A stretch of 64,000 nucleotides of DNA, taken from Pocillopora damicornis (taxonomy: Eukaryota). The notes beneath the pieces were generated by a model, which was not told the DNA's origin, did no database searches, and was given only the letters and a program-made list of their open reading frames with translations. The translations under genes were made by a program, and so were the position numbers. Shown piece by piece: positions 12,201 to 25,400 of this stretch; the stretch's first letter is position 1, and every line of letters starts with the position of its first letter. The DNA is taken from contig NW_020845049.1 of NCBI RefSeq assembly GCF_003704095.1, positions 310,001 through 374,000 of the forward strand, given 5' to 3'.

Positions 12201-15200
12201 TTTCATTTGAATATCCATTTCTTTTCAAAGAAGTTTTTCTTATTTATTTTTCTTTCAATTTCATATTTGATAGCTATCTTGTTCTGATAACCTTGTATTT
12301 TAGGGTGTATTTGTTTTCTTCTGCAGTCCCACAAAAACAGTTTTCCGATAATAATAAAGTAATTGAGTAGAGTACGAGTAGAGTAGTACTTTACTCAACT
12401 ACTCATTATCAACACAGTTGATAATTCTAAATTACCTTGTTATAATCTCCCACTGATGTAGCACCACAGTTTATTTAGAAACTTACCCCCTTTACCCATG
12501 GGCTGGACAGGGGCACCTTGCAGTTTGTCAGTATGCATTAAATACACACCTGGGTGGATACAAGTACTATGGAAACAAAGGGCCTTGTCTTAGAATGCAA
12601 CACATTGATCAAGTAAAGTATCAACCCTGGATCTCTTGACCTGAAGTTCTACTTACTCACTGTTAGGGCCATCCTGCAAAACACTTGACTGACATAGTCT
12701 GCCTGTAGTTTTTTAAAATCTCTCTTTGAACTTTACTCTACAGGGGGCCAGAGTATTCAATATTTGTTGGTGATTTATCTCCTGATGTTGCCGACCATGT
12801 TCTGCAGGTAAAATATAGTCACATAAGGTATAAACAAATTGGACTTTAGCAATGGAGTAGCTCTTTGTCCACTGTTTTCCCAGGTTGAATTTGGAATTTA
12901 AAATTTTGGTTTTTAAAGACAGTGGAAAGTGGAGAATGTAGGGAAAAAGCCTCAGGACAGGGAAATGAAATGGAACCAACTCAATGAACATGTGAGGCTA
13001 GGCCATGATGTTGGATGGCAGGGGCTCTTATCTGTTCATCATCCCTCATCCCTGTGTATCTTGAGAAAGATTTTAGATTATTGATAGGAAATATCAGCAG
13101 GCTTGTTTACAGTTATCTGAAGACAATGAAACCCCTCTTTTGAGACATTGCTCTTCAGGGTATACCTCCTTTCTACCAGTGGTCATTGTCAAAAGTGAAA
13201 AAAAAATGCTGCTATAACATTTGTATCGGACATTTCACTTTGAAAGTAACTTTTGTCAGGTGCCACTTTTGATAGTCCTAAATGTGTTCCCAATTTTGAG
13301 AGTTTACAGTATTTTAATGCCACATCCAAGGTGTTATGCTTTTCACATGATCTTCTCTTTAATGCCCAAAAGACTGTACATTTATGGGGTCAGTTATGGT
13401 GTGTGGTACATGTAGATTAAGTTATCTGAGGTAGGGGTTGTTGAATTCATAACTCATCTATATTTTTATTTGTCATAGGAGTTCTTCCAGAGAAAATTTC
13501 CCAGTTGTAAAGCTGCCAAAGGTACGAATATGTGGTTGTTCTGATTGCAGAAAAAGGTTTACAGGTCAGGCTATAGCCTCTTAACTGAGATCATGAAAGC
13601 TAGACACTGAAACCTTTTGGCTAAAAAGAAGGTGGTCACTTTTATTCAACTGTTAGTGATGATAAGCACATACGACACAGGTGAATAGTGCTTTTCACAT
13701 GCACTGAGTGGCTTTTTTTGGAAGTTATCAGCAAGTACTATTCACCTCAGAGCAACCAAAGAGAAAAAAATTATGCATCAAGAGTCAAATTCCCAACTTT
13801 TTTTTGTTACATTGAAAGAAATAAATTTATTGTTAAATTTTTTTGGTTTCTCTATAGCATATAATGAAGTTATTATTCACTTCAGTGTTGGTAGAAGTGA
13901 TGGATATATTCCGTGTGGCTCTGCAGCTCGATAAATTTCCATCACCATTCACTTACAGTTCTGCAAATAATTGTAAGTTATAACTGAAGTTAACAGTCAA
14001 ATTTTAATGTAACCATTAGTGTTTTTTTCTTTGTAGTTGTTTTGGATGCAGCAGGAAATTCAAGGTGTGTTTAACAACACTAAAAGTAAATTTAATTGTT
14101 TAAGTATACTAACAGGAGAAAATGTTAATCATGGTGAATTTACATGTTGCTAGTGAAAAGTCAATTTTGAAGGTCACAATGTTCAGGAATTAACATTATT
14201 TGAGGCCTTGATAGTCTCTGATAAGGGTTGCATGTGTTAGTCTTAGTTAAAGGAAAACATGATTGCATTCATGATTATAAACTCTGATTTCTGTTCACAT
14301 GTTCAACTTTCTTAAATTAAAAACAATTTCTTTCTATAGAGGATATGGATTTGTGAGATTTTCAGATGAAAATGAACACAGAAAGGCCATGATAGAGATG
14401 CAGGGAGCAGTGGGGTGTGGTTCAAAACCTCTCCGTGTCAGTGCTGCAACACCCAAAAGGTACCGAAACATTTAATCTAGACTTTTTATAATTTCCATCT
14501 TCCCAAATAATACACTTTACTAGTTTTACGAAGCTCCTTCCAGGAAAACTGCATGTGTGCAGATCATTAAATGCAAACTCACTGAACTTGAGTTGAGGAT
14601 ACAGTTGAAAAAAATTAATTTATTTTGGTTTATCAGGCCTCAAAATACTCCAGGAAACACAACAACAACATATGGCTCTGCTAGTGCTGCCAATCAGCAA
14701 TACATGCAGCAGTATCAGCAATACCAGCAATATCTGGCAGCATGGCAGGGATACCAGCATCAACATCAGCAGCAACTCCAGCAACAGCAGTATTACCAAC
14801 ACTATCAGCATTATCAGCCTTATGGACAGACTACTTACCAACAGCCAATGGTATGTTTTACAAAGAGCAAAGAGTGTGTTTTACCTTCTAATAATGTACA
14901 GAAAAAAATTAAGTGCTTTGTATTGGCTGAAAATGAGTGCATTCTCATGTAACACAAGAGCAAAGTTGTAGCATGAGTGAAAATTACAAATAGCACGCAC
15001 ATGCTTTCAAAATTTTGTCTGTCTTGACTCTCTATGGTGTTTTTTCACGTACATTATTAACAAGTAATAACATGAGTGCAATTTGGTGTGATAAGCACTT
15101 GTTAATTTTGTTGTCTTTGAAAAATTTGCTTGTGCTTATTAACACCAAATTGCACTCAAAATCATGTTATTACCTATACTTATCAGACACCTTTTAATGT

Positions 15201-17943
15201 ATAATTGTTACAGGGTAATATCTTGTGAATGAACTTTTTTCATAGGTTGTGGGTGTAAACTGATGTGGTGTGACATTATTGGAAATTTTTGCTAGGAAAA
15301 AATTGTTGTGATTTTTTGTTCAAAAAAGCAAAACATTAACCCTTTACACCTTAACCCTATAACTCCCAGAAGTGATTAACATAAAACTTCTCCCAACAAC
15401 ATCAATACATTATTCAGCAAACAGGTAATGAGAATATTCAAAGTTATCAGGTAGAAGCTGCTATCTTGATCTAACGCCAAATTCTCATAACTAATTTACA
15501 AGGAAATGTGTCGCAGCTAGAGGGGAGAATTAACAATCAGATCTTGGGAGTTAAAGGGTTAACATCAGTATGCAAGTTGTCCATAATGTTCTGTATGTTC
15601 AACCATCAAGAGCTTCTTGAATTTCCAAATATTTCTTTATTCTCATGACTTTGATGTTTGAATCAGGGGTGATACTGTTTGGAGAAATTAGATGCTTATC
15701 ACTCTTCAGTTAGATGCTTATCACACCTGGTTAAAGCGTTAACTATTAGGATGAAACATAATGTTTTAACACTTCTTGACATGTCCAGTGATAGACAGGA
15801 ATGCTACACAAAAGATGAATCTTTTATAAATATTTCCAGTGATACAGAAAGAGATGAGTATGAGTGAAAGATGATTAGGAGTGGCAAACCCAAGGGGGTG
15901 GGGTTTAGGGGTGTGTTTGTTTGTTTGTTTGCTTTTTTTCACTATTTATCACACGCCAATATTCTTGTAACAAGAGGATTGTGTGTTACAATTCAAGTAA
16001 AGGATTTCATATTTACTTGTGTTGCAAATTTCCGAGCTTATTTAGGCTGTATTTCAAAAACAAATTATTCTGTTTTCTGAAGTACATTCCCCCCCCTTCA
16101 TACTTGGATCTGCCTGCAGGAGTGATGGGTATGAAATTACTTAGGAAAAGAGCCAAGAAGCACACTTAAGACACTTCACATGACTGCAATACAGGATAAT
16201 GTAAAAGCAAGGATAACTAAAAAAAGTTACTTCTTTGATTTGTATTGTCAGAGTTATGAAGAAACCATAACAGTTGATAACACAGCAGAAGGTATTTATA
16301 ATTTAATGATAGATTTTATGGTATGAAAAGGACATACTGTGAATACAAATACAAGGGACGAAGATACTCACTGAAAATTGAGTGGTTATTCTCAATTAAA
16401 AGCACTTTGCAATAAATTCTCAATTAAAATTTCTGTTTCTGATGAAGATTTCTCTCAATTTTAAAGTTTGTAAACTCAGCTGAAAATAATATGCTTGATG
16501 TGTATCACTTTGAACAGTAAACCAATGTTAGTTAATTGACAGGACTACATTCTTGATAAGTTTATCTCTAAATAAATGCTCTGCTCTTCCAGATCCCAAC
16601 CCACCACTGGACATCACTGCAGAAAATAAAAATATAATGTCAACAGAGGAAGTAAGTGTTTTGATGTTTACTTTTAATTTATCGTAAAATAGATTGAATC
16701 TGGAATCAATAGATAATTTCTATGTTGTGGTTCAATTTATCTTTTGCTTTAAAATTTCCAAAATGATTTTTGAAAATTGTATTTTCCTTTTTCTTGTATC
16801 TATTACATAACCCTTGAATCTCACAATGTGTAACTGACAAGAGGCCTACATAGCTGGCAATATTTTTGGAACTTTATTAAAACAAAAGAAGGTTGCTAAG
16901 TCACAGAGGTCAGAAGCAGAGGTTTTAGGGGGGAAATTTTCTCATTTCTCTGTCTCTTGTGGCTCTTCCAGTTAAAAAAAATCCTACCAGACAACCACTG
17001 TAAAGGGTGGTTCAAAGGGAAGTAAGAGAAGTGATTAACATATGACTTCTCTCTATAATATCCATACGTTATCAGGCGTTCAGGTAACAAGAGGACTCAA
17101 ACTTATCAGGTAGAGGTTGTTCTCTTAATCTAATACCAAATTCTGGTAACTAATTTATAAGGAAATGTGTAGCAGATAGAAGGGAGAATTAACAATCAGA
17201 TCTTAGGATTTAAAGCGTTAATTGCAAGATAGTGTGGGCACAGAAATTTAAATGATCCCTTTCTCCAAATATCTGATTATTTTCCCTCCCAATCTTTTCC
17301 CTCCAAGCTTGTTAATCATTTCTTTGCTAAATATTGTCTTGTTGTATTGATCTTCAAAGGAGTTACTACCTGGTTATCAAGTGTAGGTCTTAAAGGTTAA
17401 ACTAGACCAAACAAAATTTAAGCCTTAGTTCTTTCTCTACTCAAGAGACCCCTCAGATTCAAACAAAAACTCTATTTAGTGGCACCAGGTTAGACAATGG
17501 CTAAAGACAGTTTGCCTCTTTGATACAGTAGATGAACCTCAACAGTAATGTCGATTTTGGTCAATGGAGCAATTTTAAATCGAGTGTTGAAAGAAATCCA
17601 TGTTTGCTTTGAATTTGAATTTGTGTGATTGGTCCAGGAAACTTGAGCCACTTTTTCAATAATCAGATCCAAAAGTAACACCATTTGTGACATGGTCACT
17701 CACATTTTCCTGCACTTCAAGAAGTTTTCCATTTCTCACTTTCAATTCTCACTGGCTTTTTGGGATATTTTCCTTTGCTCTGTCTGGCTGTTGTGTTAAC
17801 CATAGACTTGATTCACAACGCTCAATTGAAATTGCTCCATTGTATATTTTGTTCCTTCACAGGAGTTATACCATGAATTGGAGCAATCAAGATGGCAGCC
17901 AGTAGAGACACTAAATTCAGGACACAAATCTCTTGTGACATAG
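9279..17943 (+). CDS. TRNAU1AP: tRNA selenocysteine 1-associated protein 1 (SECp43), 307 aa; exons 9279-9302, 9393-9490, 10916-11015, 11675-11727, 12744-12807, 13479-13521, 14037-14064, 14340-14459, 14637-14850, 16252-16291, 16593-16651, 17863-17943
   Basis: RRM1: [41 protein letters not shown]2: [29 protein letters not shown]-rich region follows, then the C-terminal [12 protein letters not shown]...[14 protein letters not shown]. Exons sum to 924 nt with consistent phases. Confidence 0.95.
11890..12495 (+). mobile_element. Hammerhead-motif repeat copy split by a LINE insertion
   Basis: 11890-11973 and 12404-12495 join into a sequence collinear with the copies at 6400-6552 and 8405-8522. Confidence 0.75.
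11974..12403 (-). mobile_element. 5'-truncated non-LTR retrotransposon (L1/Tx1-like ORF2 C-terminus, 3'UTR and poly-A)
   Basis: Minus strand reads [55 protein letters not shown]. The T-run at ~11978-12003 is the poly-A tail. Target-site duplication cattatcaaca at 11963-11973 and 12404-12414. Confidence 0.82.
12495..12675 (-). mobile_element. Degenerate SINE-like repeat (probably tRNA-derived)
   Basis: acacctgggtggatacaagtactatggaaacaaagggccttgtcttagaatgcaacac resembles a recalled widespread cnidarian SINE. Decayed relatives lie at ~10150-10283, 52080-52200 and 60765-60935. Confidence 0.5.
13660..13975. repeat. Probable interspersed repeat (MITE-like) in a TRNAU1AP intron
   Basis: Internal inverted motifs ggtgaatagtgcttt / aagtactattcacc. 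The family was recognised only by recalled similarity. Confidence 0.4.
14965..15180. repeat. Interspersed repeat; inverted copy at 28300-28590
   Basis: aaaattttgtctgtcttgactctctatggtgttttttcacgtacattattaacaagtaataacatga matches the reverse complement of 28433-28505. Ends aaatcatgttattacctatac / tataggtaatagcatgattt also match. Confidence 0.8.
15336..15742. mobile_element. Nested piggyBac-type TTAA MITEs (inner element 15351-15562 inside an older copy)
   Basis: Inner element TTAA-CCCT...AAAGGG-TTAA. Removing it restores cctttacaccttaacatcag, as seen in the uninterrupted copy at ~53890. Confidence 0.85.
17025..17221. mobile_element. TTAA MITE copy, left end truncated
   Basis: Collinear with 15368-15562 and ends ggatttaaagcgttaa. 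Confidence 0.8.
17562..17842. mobile_element. MITE family 2 (CCAAT-rich interior, ~27-bp TIRs)
   Basis: caatggagcaattttaaatcgagtgttg ... caacgctcaattgaaattgctccattg. Relatives lie at ~46575-46790, 48500-48725, 52425-52645 and 63290-63555. Confidence 0.75.
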
Positions 17944-18345
17944 ATGATGAAACTTTTAGTGTTATAATCTTGGATTCTTAACTGACCCAGTTGTTAAAGA
18001 TACTTTGACGCTTCAATTTATAGTCAAATGCCCGTTGATTCTTCTACTTAAGTTTTAGTCAGCATATTAAAATTTTAAAATATTGGAGACTTATTCATTG
18101 TTGAGAACACTTAAATTGATTTTATTTCCAAAGTTTTGTTTGGGGCCTCTCTGTTAAGGTATTGCTATGGTTATGGTTCGAGGTTTCTTGTCAGGATAAA
18201 ACTTTATTTATTTTTTTTGTTTGTTTTCAGTTGGTATTGTTTTGTATAGCAATATGTTTTACTAATGGGAAAATAAATTACAACAAGGATATTGTTGAAC
18301 TGCAACCTGAGAATCTGAAGGATATTACGGTAGACTTTCTGTTAG

Positions 18346-18557
18346 TTAACCCTCTAACCCCGAAGAATGACTAGCATCTAAATTCTCCTTACAACACCAG
18401 CACTGAATCACACATTAATGACATGAGAATAAAGGAAATGATCACCAACTAAAGACACTCTTGATTATTAGACAAATTCTCCTTGTCAACACCTTAGTAA
18501 ATGTACAGAGAACAGTATGGAGAATATGAACACTGATGTTAGGGTGTAGAGGGTTAA
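18346..18557. mobile_element. TTAA MITE copy in the TRNAU1AP 3' region
   Basis: ttaaccctctaacccc ... agggtgtagagggttaa. Confidence 0.85.
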
Positions 18558-19409
18558 TGTTCTGTTGTGCTTCAGGAGGGCTCTTTCAAACCAAAGATAC
18601 ATAATACAGTACTAAAACATTTTGTCACAAATATTGGAGGAGATAGCATCAAATATCAAATGCGTCATTTGGTTTCTAGTTTTTGCTCAGACATATTTGC
18701 TATAGGTGTTACCCTCTCAAAACTCTTCTTAGCTCATAGAGGTTACCCCACCTCAGTAAACACCTTTAAGAAAATAAAACGTCATTTATTTATGCATCTG
18801 ATAACTTTGACAATAAAGCTCTTAATTAGATTATTACTTTTCTCTAAAAATATTTTTTTAAAAATAAAAAGGGATAACTAGCAAAAATCTGGTTTGCAAC
18901 AGAACTCGGCGATCGTTTTTCAAGGTAACGCCAAATTTAAATTCCTAACAAAATCATTACAACTAGCAATCATTTTCATCGTACAAGTTTTCCGGTACTT
19001 AAGTCTTCCTTGTAGGTTGATAAATATACTTTCGCCCTCTTAGAAAGAAAGAAATGTGACCAGGTAGGAATGTCAATGGTCTCTTCTGAGAAATGTGTTC
19101 AGTAGAAGACTTACGTGATATGCTATGATGTATTCGATCTCAAGTAAAGTCCGAAAACCGCCATTTTTTGGCTATTAGCGCAGCACGCGAGATAAATACG
19201 CAATATAAAATTTAAACAGTTTTGTACGGCGATAAGTCTTCGAATATTATCAGTTGTATATTGTCGATAATCCGTCAATGTTACAAGATATGTACACGTG
19301 GCATACAGGTAAAGTACTAGTGATATCTTTCAAGGGCTCGACGTCTCATCAAGCAACTGTAACAATCCGTGTTAGGTACAATAAGCTAGACGCCAGACAA
19401 ATACAAATG

Positions 19410-22400
19410 TTACAAATCGAAACGCTTCTCAGAGGGAGATAAGGTGCGTATTTTGGCAACCTCTTCAGACGACCTCACCAGATGACGGTCCACGTACTCA
19501 TCAACGTTCAGAAGATACACTCCCGAAGCACGTTCACTACGAAGCGAACGACGACGAGATGCCGAAACTACTGGTTCCGAACGGACCGAGCTAGGAGAAT
19601 CGATTCCACTCTCTTTGGATGGGTTTCGGTGCAAAGGAAACGAGGATTCCGCGACGTACTGTGAGATACTAGAACCCCCGCTAATACTGCCGTAAGTACG
19701 TTTTTTATGGGCGAGGCCTTGTTCTTGTGAAATACGACGCAAAGTTGCGTCGTTAGGTGCAGAAGCGAGTTCGGTCGTTATACGTGACACATCAATAAGA
19801 CTGAAGGGATCCGCTGACCTTTCATGCGTTCCATTGGCTGTTGAAGTACGTGGATGATTAGCACGCGGATGATAAGCGCGTGGATGTGTGTATTCGTAGC
19901 TAAGTTTCCGAAGCCAACTAGTATCCAAGTCGACATTTGAATTGTAAAGTGACGATGGCGTGTTATCCATCGAAGTGAGATTACTCTTCTTTATTTCTTC
20001 TTGGTACGCTCCTCCTGCTGGTTGTTTTGGTGGAAACTTTTGCGCATCTGTAGCATCACCTGCCTGCAGTGCCGCACCACTTGCCGATATCTGTCTTAAT
20101 TCTTCTTCAAGTCTTCGCCCCCAATCCTCCTCAAGGTTTTCTAAGCCTTCTACGGACTGCACGCTGTAAAGTTCAAGATCAGAATCGTCATCTTCCAATT
20201 CGATATCCCACGAATTCGAGTCTTTTGCGATACCAAGATCAGCGTCTGAATCATCCGAAAGTTCCAGCTTTGGGATGTGGACTTCCATGCGGCTACTTCC
20301 AGTTTGCTCCCGTTTCTTGGAAAATGAACGTTTGGATTTCCCATAATGCAAAGGCTCACGAGTGTCTGAAGTCGCCGTTCGATCGTTTGGTTGCTTTTCC
20401 CCGCGTGAGGAATAATCAGCCCTTTGGTTGAAAGTCGATGAGCTAGAGGTCCACCCGTGTGATCTCACTTCATCTGCTGGTAGGTGGCTTGCCAGAGGAA
20501 AATTAACACGTGGTCTTGAATCGGCTACACCTACTGCTCTACTGGTAGTTCTAAGGGAAGGTTGACGGAGCAGAATATTTTCAACTTCATCACGTCTCCT
20601 ATTTTCGTCTAAAATTTCTCTTTCTCTGTTCAATTGGATCTCCTTCTCTTTTAGCCGTCCCATCCATTTCCTCTCCAGATCTCGCCTTTGATTGGACAAC
20701 TCGCTCTCAAGCTGCTCTTTCTCTTTCATCTCCTTTTCTAATATTTGCTTTTCTTTAGAATGCCTCTCCAACGCTTGCTTTTCACGCGTAATCCTCGCGT
20801 TAAGGTCTTCCACTTGTTGACGCTTTAGCGCTAAGAGCTCCTTTTCACGTCTGATATTCTCCTCGATGATACTCTCATAACACTTTGATCTCGCACTGTC
20901 TGAGTTATTACTGCTATTTTGAGGACTAATTCCCGCTAATTGTCTAGATAGCTTTTCTTCTACCGCTCGGTGCTTTTCTCTGAGCTGCCAAAGCCTTTGT
21001 ACCAGGACTCTCCTTTGCTCCTCCAGGTGCGTCAGTTGGCTTTGCAGCATTTCCTGTAGCCTAAGATCTGTAAATTCAGTGGAGTCCAGCATTTTCTTGA
21101 TTTCGCTTATCATGGTCTCGGTCTCTTGAGCATGGTTTTTGATATCCTCCTCTTGTTTCACTTTGTTCTCCCTAAGTTCGTGAAGCATTTCCACCAGGCC
21201 GTCTCTGCTGAGGTGCTTTTCAGGCGATAATGACACCGACATTACACTGCTGTTGTTTACGGAGGCCTTGCTTGTATCGCCAAGCACTCCGAACTTCGTT
21301 TTCAAATCTAAGATTTCCTGTCGCAGTTTCAATTCCAGAGTGTTTTTCTCCTTCATCAACTGCTCCATGAGTTTAATGAGTTGTAGCACATGAGATCCTT
21401 CACTAAATACTGTCGACTCTCCAAGTCCGTTCATTACATAAGGTGAAGTGTTCATTAGTTTCTTCAGATTTTCATTTTCACGTTTTAGTCTTTCATTCTC
21501 AAGTTGCAGCTTTTCTAGTGTTTTCTGACCGCCGCCAAACGAAGTTCCTCGGGACTTTGCGATTTGTTCTCGAAGTTTTTGGTATAGTTCGGAGTTTTCT
21601 CGTCGGAGCTTTTTCAGGTCTTCGGTTGCCTTACTTAGATCCTTTTGACACCCGAGTGCCTCTTCTTTACATGTATCGATACGATCGAGAAGCGTCTTTA
21701 AGTCCCTCTGAAGACCCTTGACCTCCAAGTCTTTCTTCTTCAGTAGTTCTTCGCTTTCAACAATTTTTGAATGGTACTGTTGGCGAAGGGCGTTTCTTTG
21801 TTCTTCCATCTCGTCTTGTTTCTCCCGCAAGAGACGTTGAAACTTGTGATCAAACTCAGCTCGTAATGTTCCTAAATCTTGCATGTGCTCTTCAGTGCGT
21901 GTTTTGGACGCGTTCTGTTCTTGCACCAAGTCTTGTAGTTTTTCCATGAGCTTTTTTAGTTCTACAGAGTGTTTATTATTGATTTGGTCTTCCCGTTGTT
22001 TAAATTGTCGTTCCAACTCGCTTTTCGTGAAGTCAATTTCTTGTTGATGAGCGTTTACAGCACTCTGCATCTCTTCCTTGAGACTTTGAACTTGATCACT
22101 GAGATCGTGGTTTTCAACTCTTAAAGACGCTAATATTACCTCGTAACCAAGCTTCATGCTTTCTGTATCTCCGTTTTCTTCGCGAGGCTCCCTTTCGGCA
22201 GACAATTGCTCTACTCGAGATGACAGCTGAACCACTTCAACACCCATTTGTTCTTTCAACCTCTCACATTCCTGAGTTTTGTCCAGTAATTGTGCTTGGA
22301 GACGTCCAAACTCTGCTTCGTGCTGACCGTTAAAGGTACTCAACTCTACTTGTGATTCTTCCAATTTAAATTTCAATTCCTCGATCTCCGTTTCGCGCTC

Positions 22401-25400
22401 AGTTTTTGCCGTTTCCAGTTGCCGAATTCTTTCCTGCAGAGTCTCATTTATGAGCTCAATTTGCTTCTTGTGCTCACTTTCCAAAGCTTCTTTCTGAGAA
22501 ACCATTTCTTTGTCATGCTGGGTTTGAAGATCGGCTTGGAAAGCGCTTTCAAAAATAAGTTGATCTTTAAGTGTTTCTATCTCCTTTTCATACTCCTCTT
22601 TGAGTTGTTCCTTCTCTTTTTGCACCTCTTGAATGTCATCTTTGACATTTTTTAATTGCGTTTGATACTGCTCTGACAACTTGAATTCTAATTCAATCAA
22701 ATCAGCCTTGTGTTTCTCCACGAGGGAGTTCGTTTCGCTTTTGATCTCCTTCAGCTCCTTTTCCTTAGTGTCAACTTTCTCTACCAAGTCATGTTTTTCT
22801 TTCTCGTAACTTGTTTCTAAATTAGTGACCAGGGCTTCATGTTTGCTCGCCTGCTCTGTCATTTGAACTTCATGTTCCTCGTCCTTCAGTTGATTCAACT
22901 GCTCCAGATTTTCTACCATACCTTTCAAGGACGCTACCTCTGCCTCAATCTCCTCGCGGCTTATCCGGTGTTCATCCTCCATTTTGGCGAAAATGTTTTC
23001 ATAATTTTTCTTCAGTTGCTCCGTAGTTTCGTCGTATTCCTGTTTCAGGTCGTTCTTTATACGTTCTAGACTGTGTACGTACTCCGAGCTCTGGTTTTCC
23101 ATAAGCAGTTGCATCTCCTTCTCAAATCTAGATATCTTGTCCTTTTCTATACCAAGCTCATGGCCAACCTCCTTTATCGTCTCTTCGTGAGCCGCTATTG
23201 TGCTTTCTTTTTCCAACACAGTGCTGTCCAACTCTTGTACCTTGGTAATATGTTTGTTCATTTCTTCTTTGCTTTCCTCCAAAGCTTTCAGTGTAGCTGC
23301 TTTTTCATTCTTTTCATATATCAGCTCATCCTCCAACAGTTTTTTCTTCTCTTCAAAAGCTTCTACAAGTCTTTTCCTATCGGCGCAAACTTCGTCCAGC
23401 TTTCCTTCCAAATTCGCCCTTTCGCTTCCAAGTTGTTCTAACAAGTCGGCAACTCTCTGTTGCAAGGCGTCTCTTGATTCCGCCTCAGTACTAAGCGTAC
23501 TTTCAAGACTTTGAATTGACAAACCATGTTGTTCCTTGAGTCGTTTATTTTCATCACGAAGGTTTATCAAATCATTCTCCATTTTCGCTTCCTTGGCAGC
23601 AAATTGTTGGGTTGTCGCTTTCAAGTTTTCCTCCGCGCTGCTAACCCTCTCAGATGCCTCCTCCAAGTCGCTAACCAGAACTTCGATTTTCTCGTCGTAC
23701 ATGTGCACGACGGCTTGTTTAGCAGCATCGAGGTTTTTAACCGTTATTTGTAACTTTTCCCTCTCGCCAAAGACGTCCTCTAATTGCTTTTTCAGGGACT
23801 CTTTTTCTGTCTCCAAAGTTAGGAGACTTTGTTGATGTTCCTTTTCACTTTCCTCGATACGTGCCAATAAATGTTGGACTTCATCGTTGAAATTCTTTAT
23901 CTTTTCCTCGTGCGTTTCAACCACTTTCTTGATGTCGAGTTCACTCTTCTCTCCTACCTTGTGAAGTTCTTCCTGTAACCTGGTGACTTCCCGTTTTGTA
24001 CCGCTGAGTTCCGTCTCTAAGGACTCAACCTTCTCTTTATACTCTCTCACAGACTGTTCCCGTTCCTTCTCGTTTTCTTCATCGTTCGTTTGACTTTTCA
24101 CCTCTTCTCTATTTTCAGCATTTGATATCATTTCTTCAAGGTCGCTGACTTTCTTTTCGTATTCTTTCACTTTCTCTTCAAGTTTAGCCGCCTTGGCTAA
24201 TTCCTCTTCCATGTTGATAAACTTGTCTTCCATTTCCTTCAGTCGTTCGATTTCCTCCGTTAACACATCACATTCTTCTTGCGAAGAGCTGAGCTTTCTG
24301 CCGAGGTCTTCGTTAAATTTCATTAGGTCCTTTATTCTGGTTTTCTCCGCAACAAGGTCTTCGTACAACACTCTGAGTTTTCCTTCATATTCATCTTTAA
24401 GTTTTTGTCTCTTCGCAGACGATTCTCTAGACAGCTGCTCTCTTTTCCTAGCAATCTGTTCTTCGAGTTCCGCTTTCAAATTTTCCAGCTCTTTCTCGTG
24501 CTGACTCAAAAGAACTCCAAATTTGTTACTTCCTTCGTCTTCAAGTTCTTGTATTATCCGTTTTTGTTCCTCTGTTAGTGCCTTAAGACCTTCCAGTTCT
24601 TCTTGATACTTTTGCTTCTCCTCTTCAAAGTCAAGAAATTCGGTCCCTTGGGAACCATATAGTATTTCAACTTCTTTTTGAAGGGCTGTAATCTCTTCTG
24701 AAGAATTGGAATTTATTTCTTCAAGTTCTTGAATCCTAGTTTTTAATCTCTCGATCTCCTCGGTAAGTTTTGATACTTCCCGTTCGTAGGTTTCCTTCTC
24801 CTTTTCCATCTTTCGTAGTTGCTCTACTTCGGCGCTAAGATTTCGCAAGACGTTTAATTCCGACATCAGGCTCTCCACATCAGTTGCATGTTGATCATCA
24901 TAGATTTTCTTGGTTTCTTCGAGACGTTGAAACTTTCCTTCTGAATCATCTAGCTCTTTCTTGGCTTGCTGCAAGCGTTCTTCTAAACTCTGTTTTTCCT
25001 TTTCAAACAGTTCCTGGCTCTCGAACAATTTCTTCTGTAACGCCGAGATTTCTTGCGCGTCGTTGTCTCTGGCTTTTCTGTTAGCACATTCTTGATCTAA
25101 TTGTTCAGTCTTAAGCTGTTCAAGTTCTGTTTGTAACTGATTTACTTTTTCTTCTAAGCTTTCTTTCGTTTTTGTCAGACTTTGCAGCTGTTCATCGCGA
25201 CTGTTGGCTGAGTTCATCCCTCCTTCCAATTTGGATTTCAAGCTCTCGAGTTCCTCATTGTATTTGTTGTCCGATGCTCTCTTGGCCTCCTGCAACTCGT
25301 AATATATGTGTCGAGAATCCTCCAGCTCTTTTTCTAGACCTGCGATTTTGCCTTCCAGCTCCTCGATCAATTTACTATCCATTCCTTGCTTTTTCTGCTC

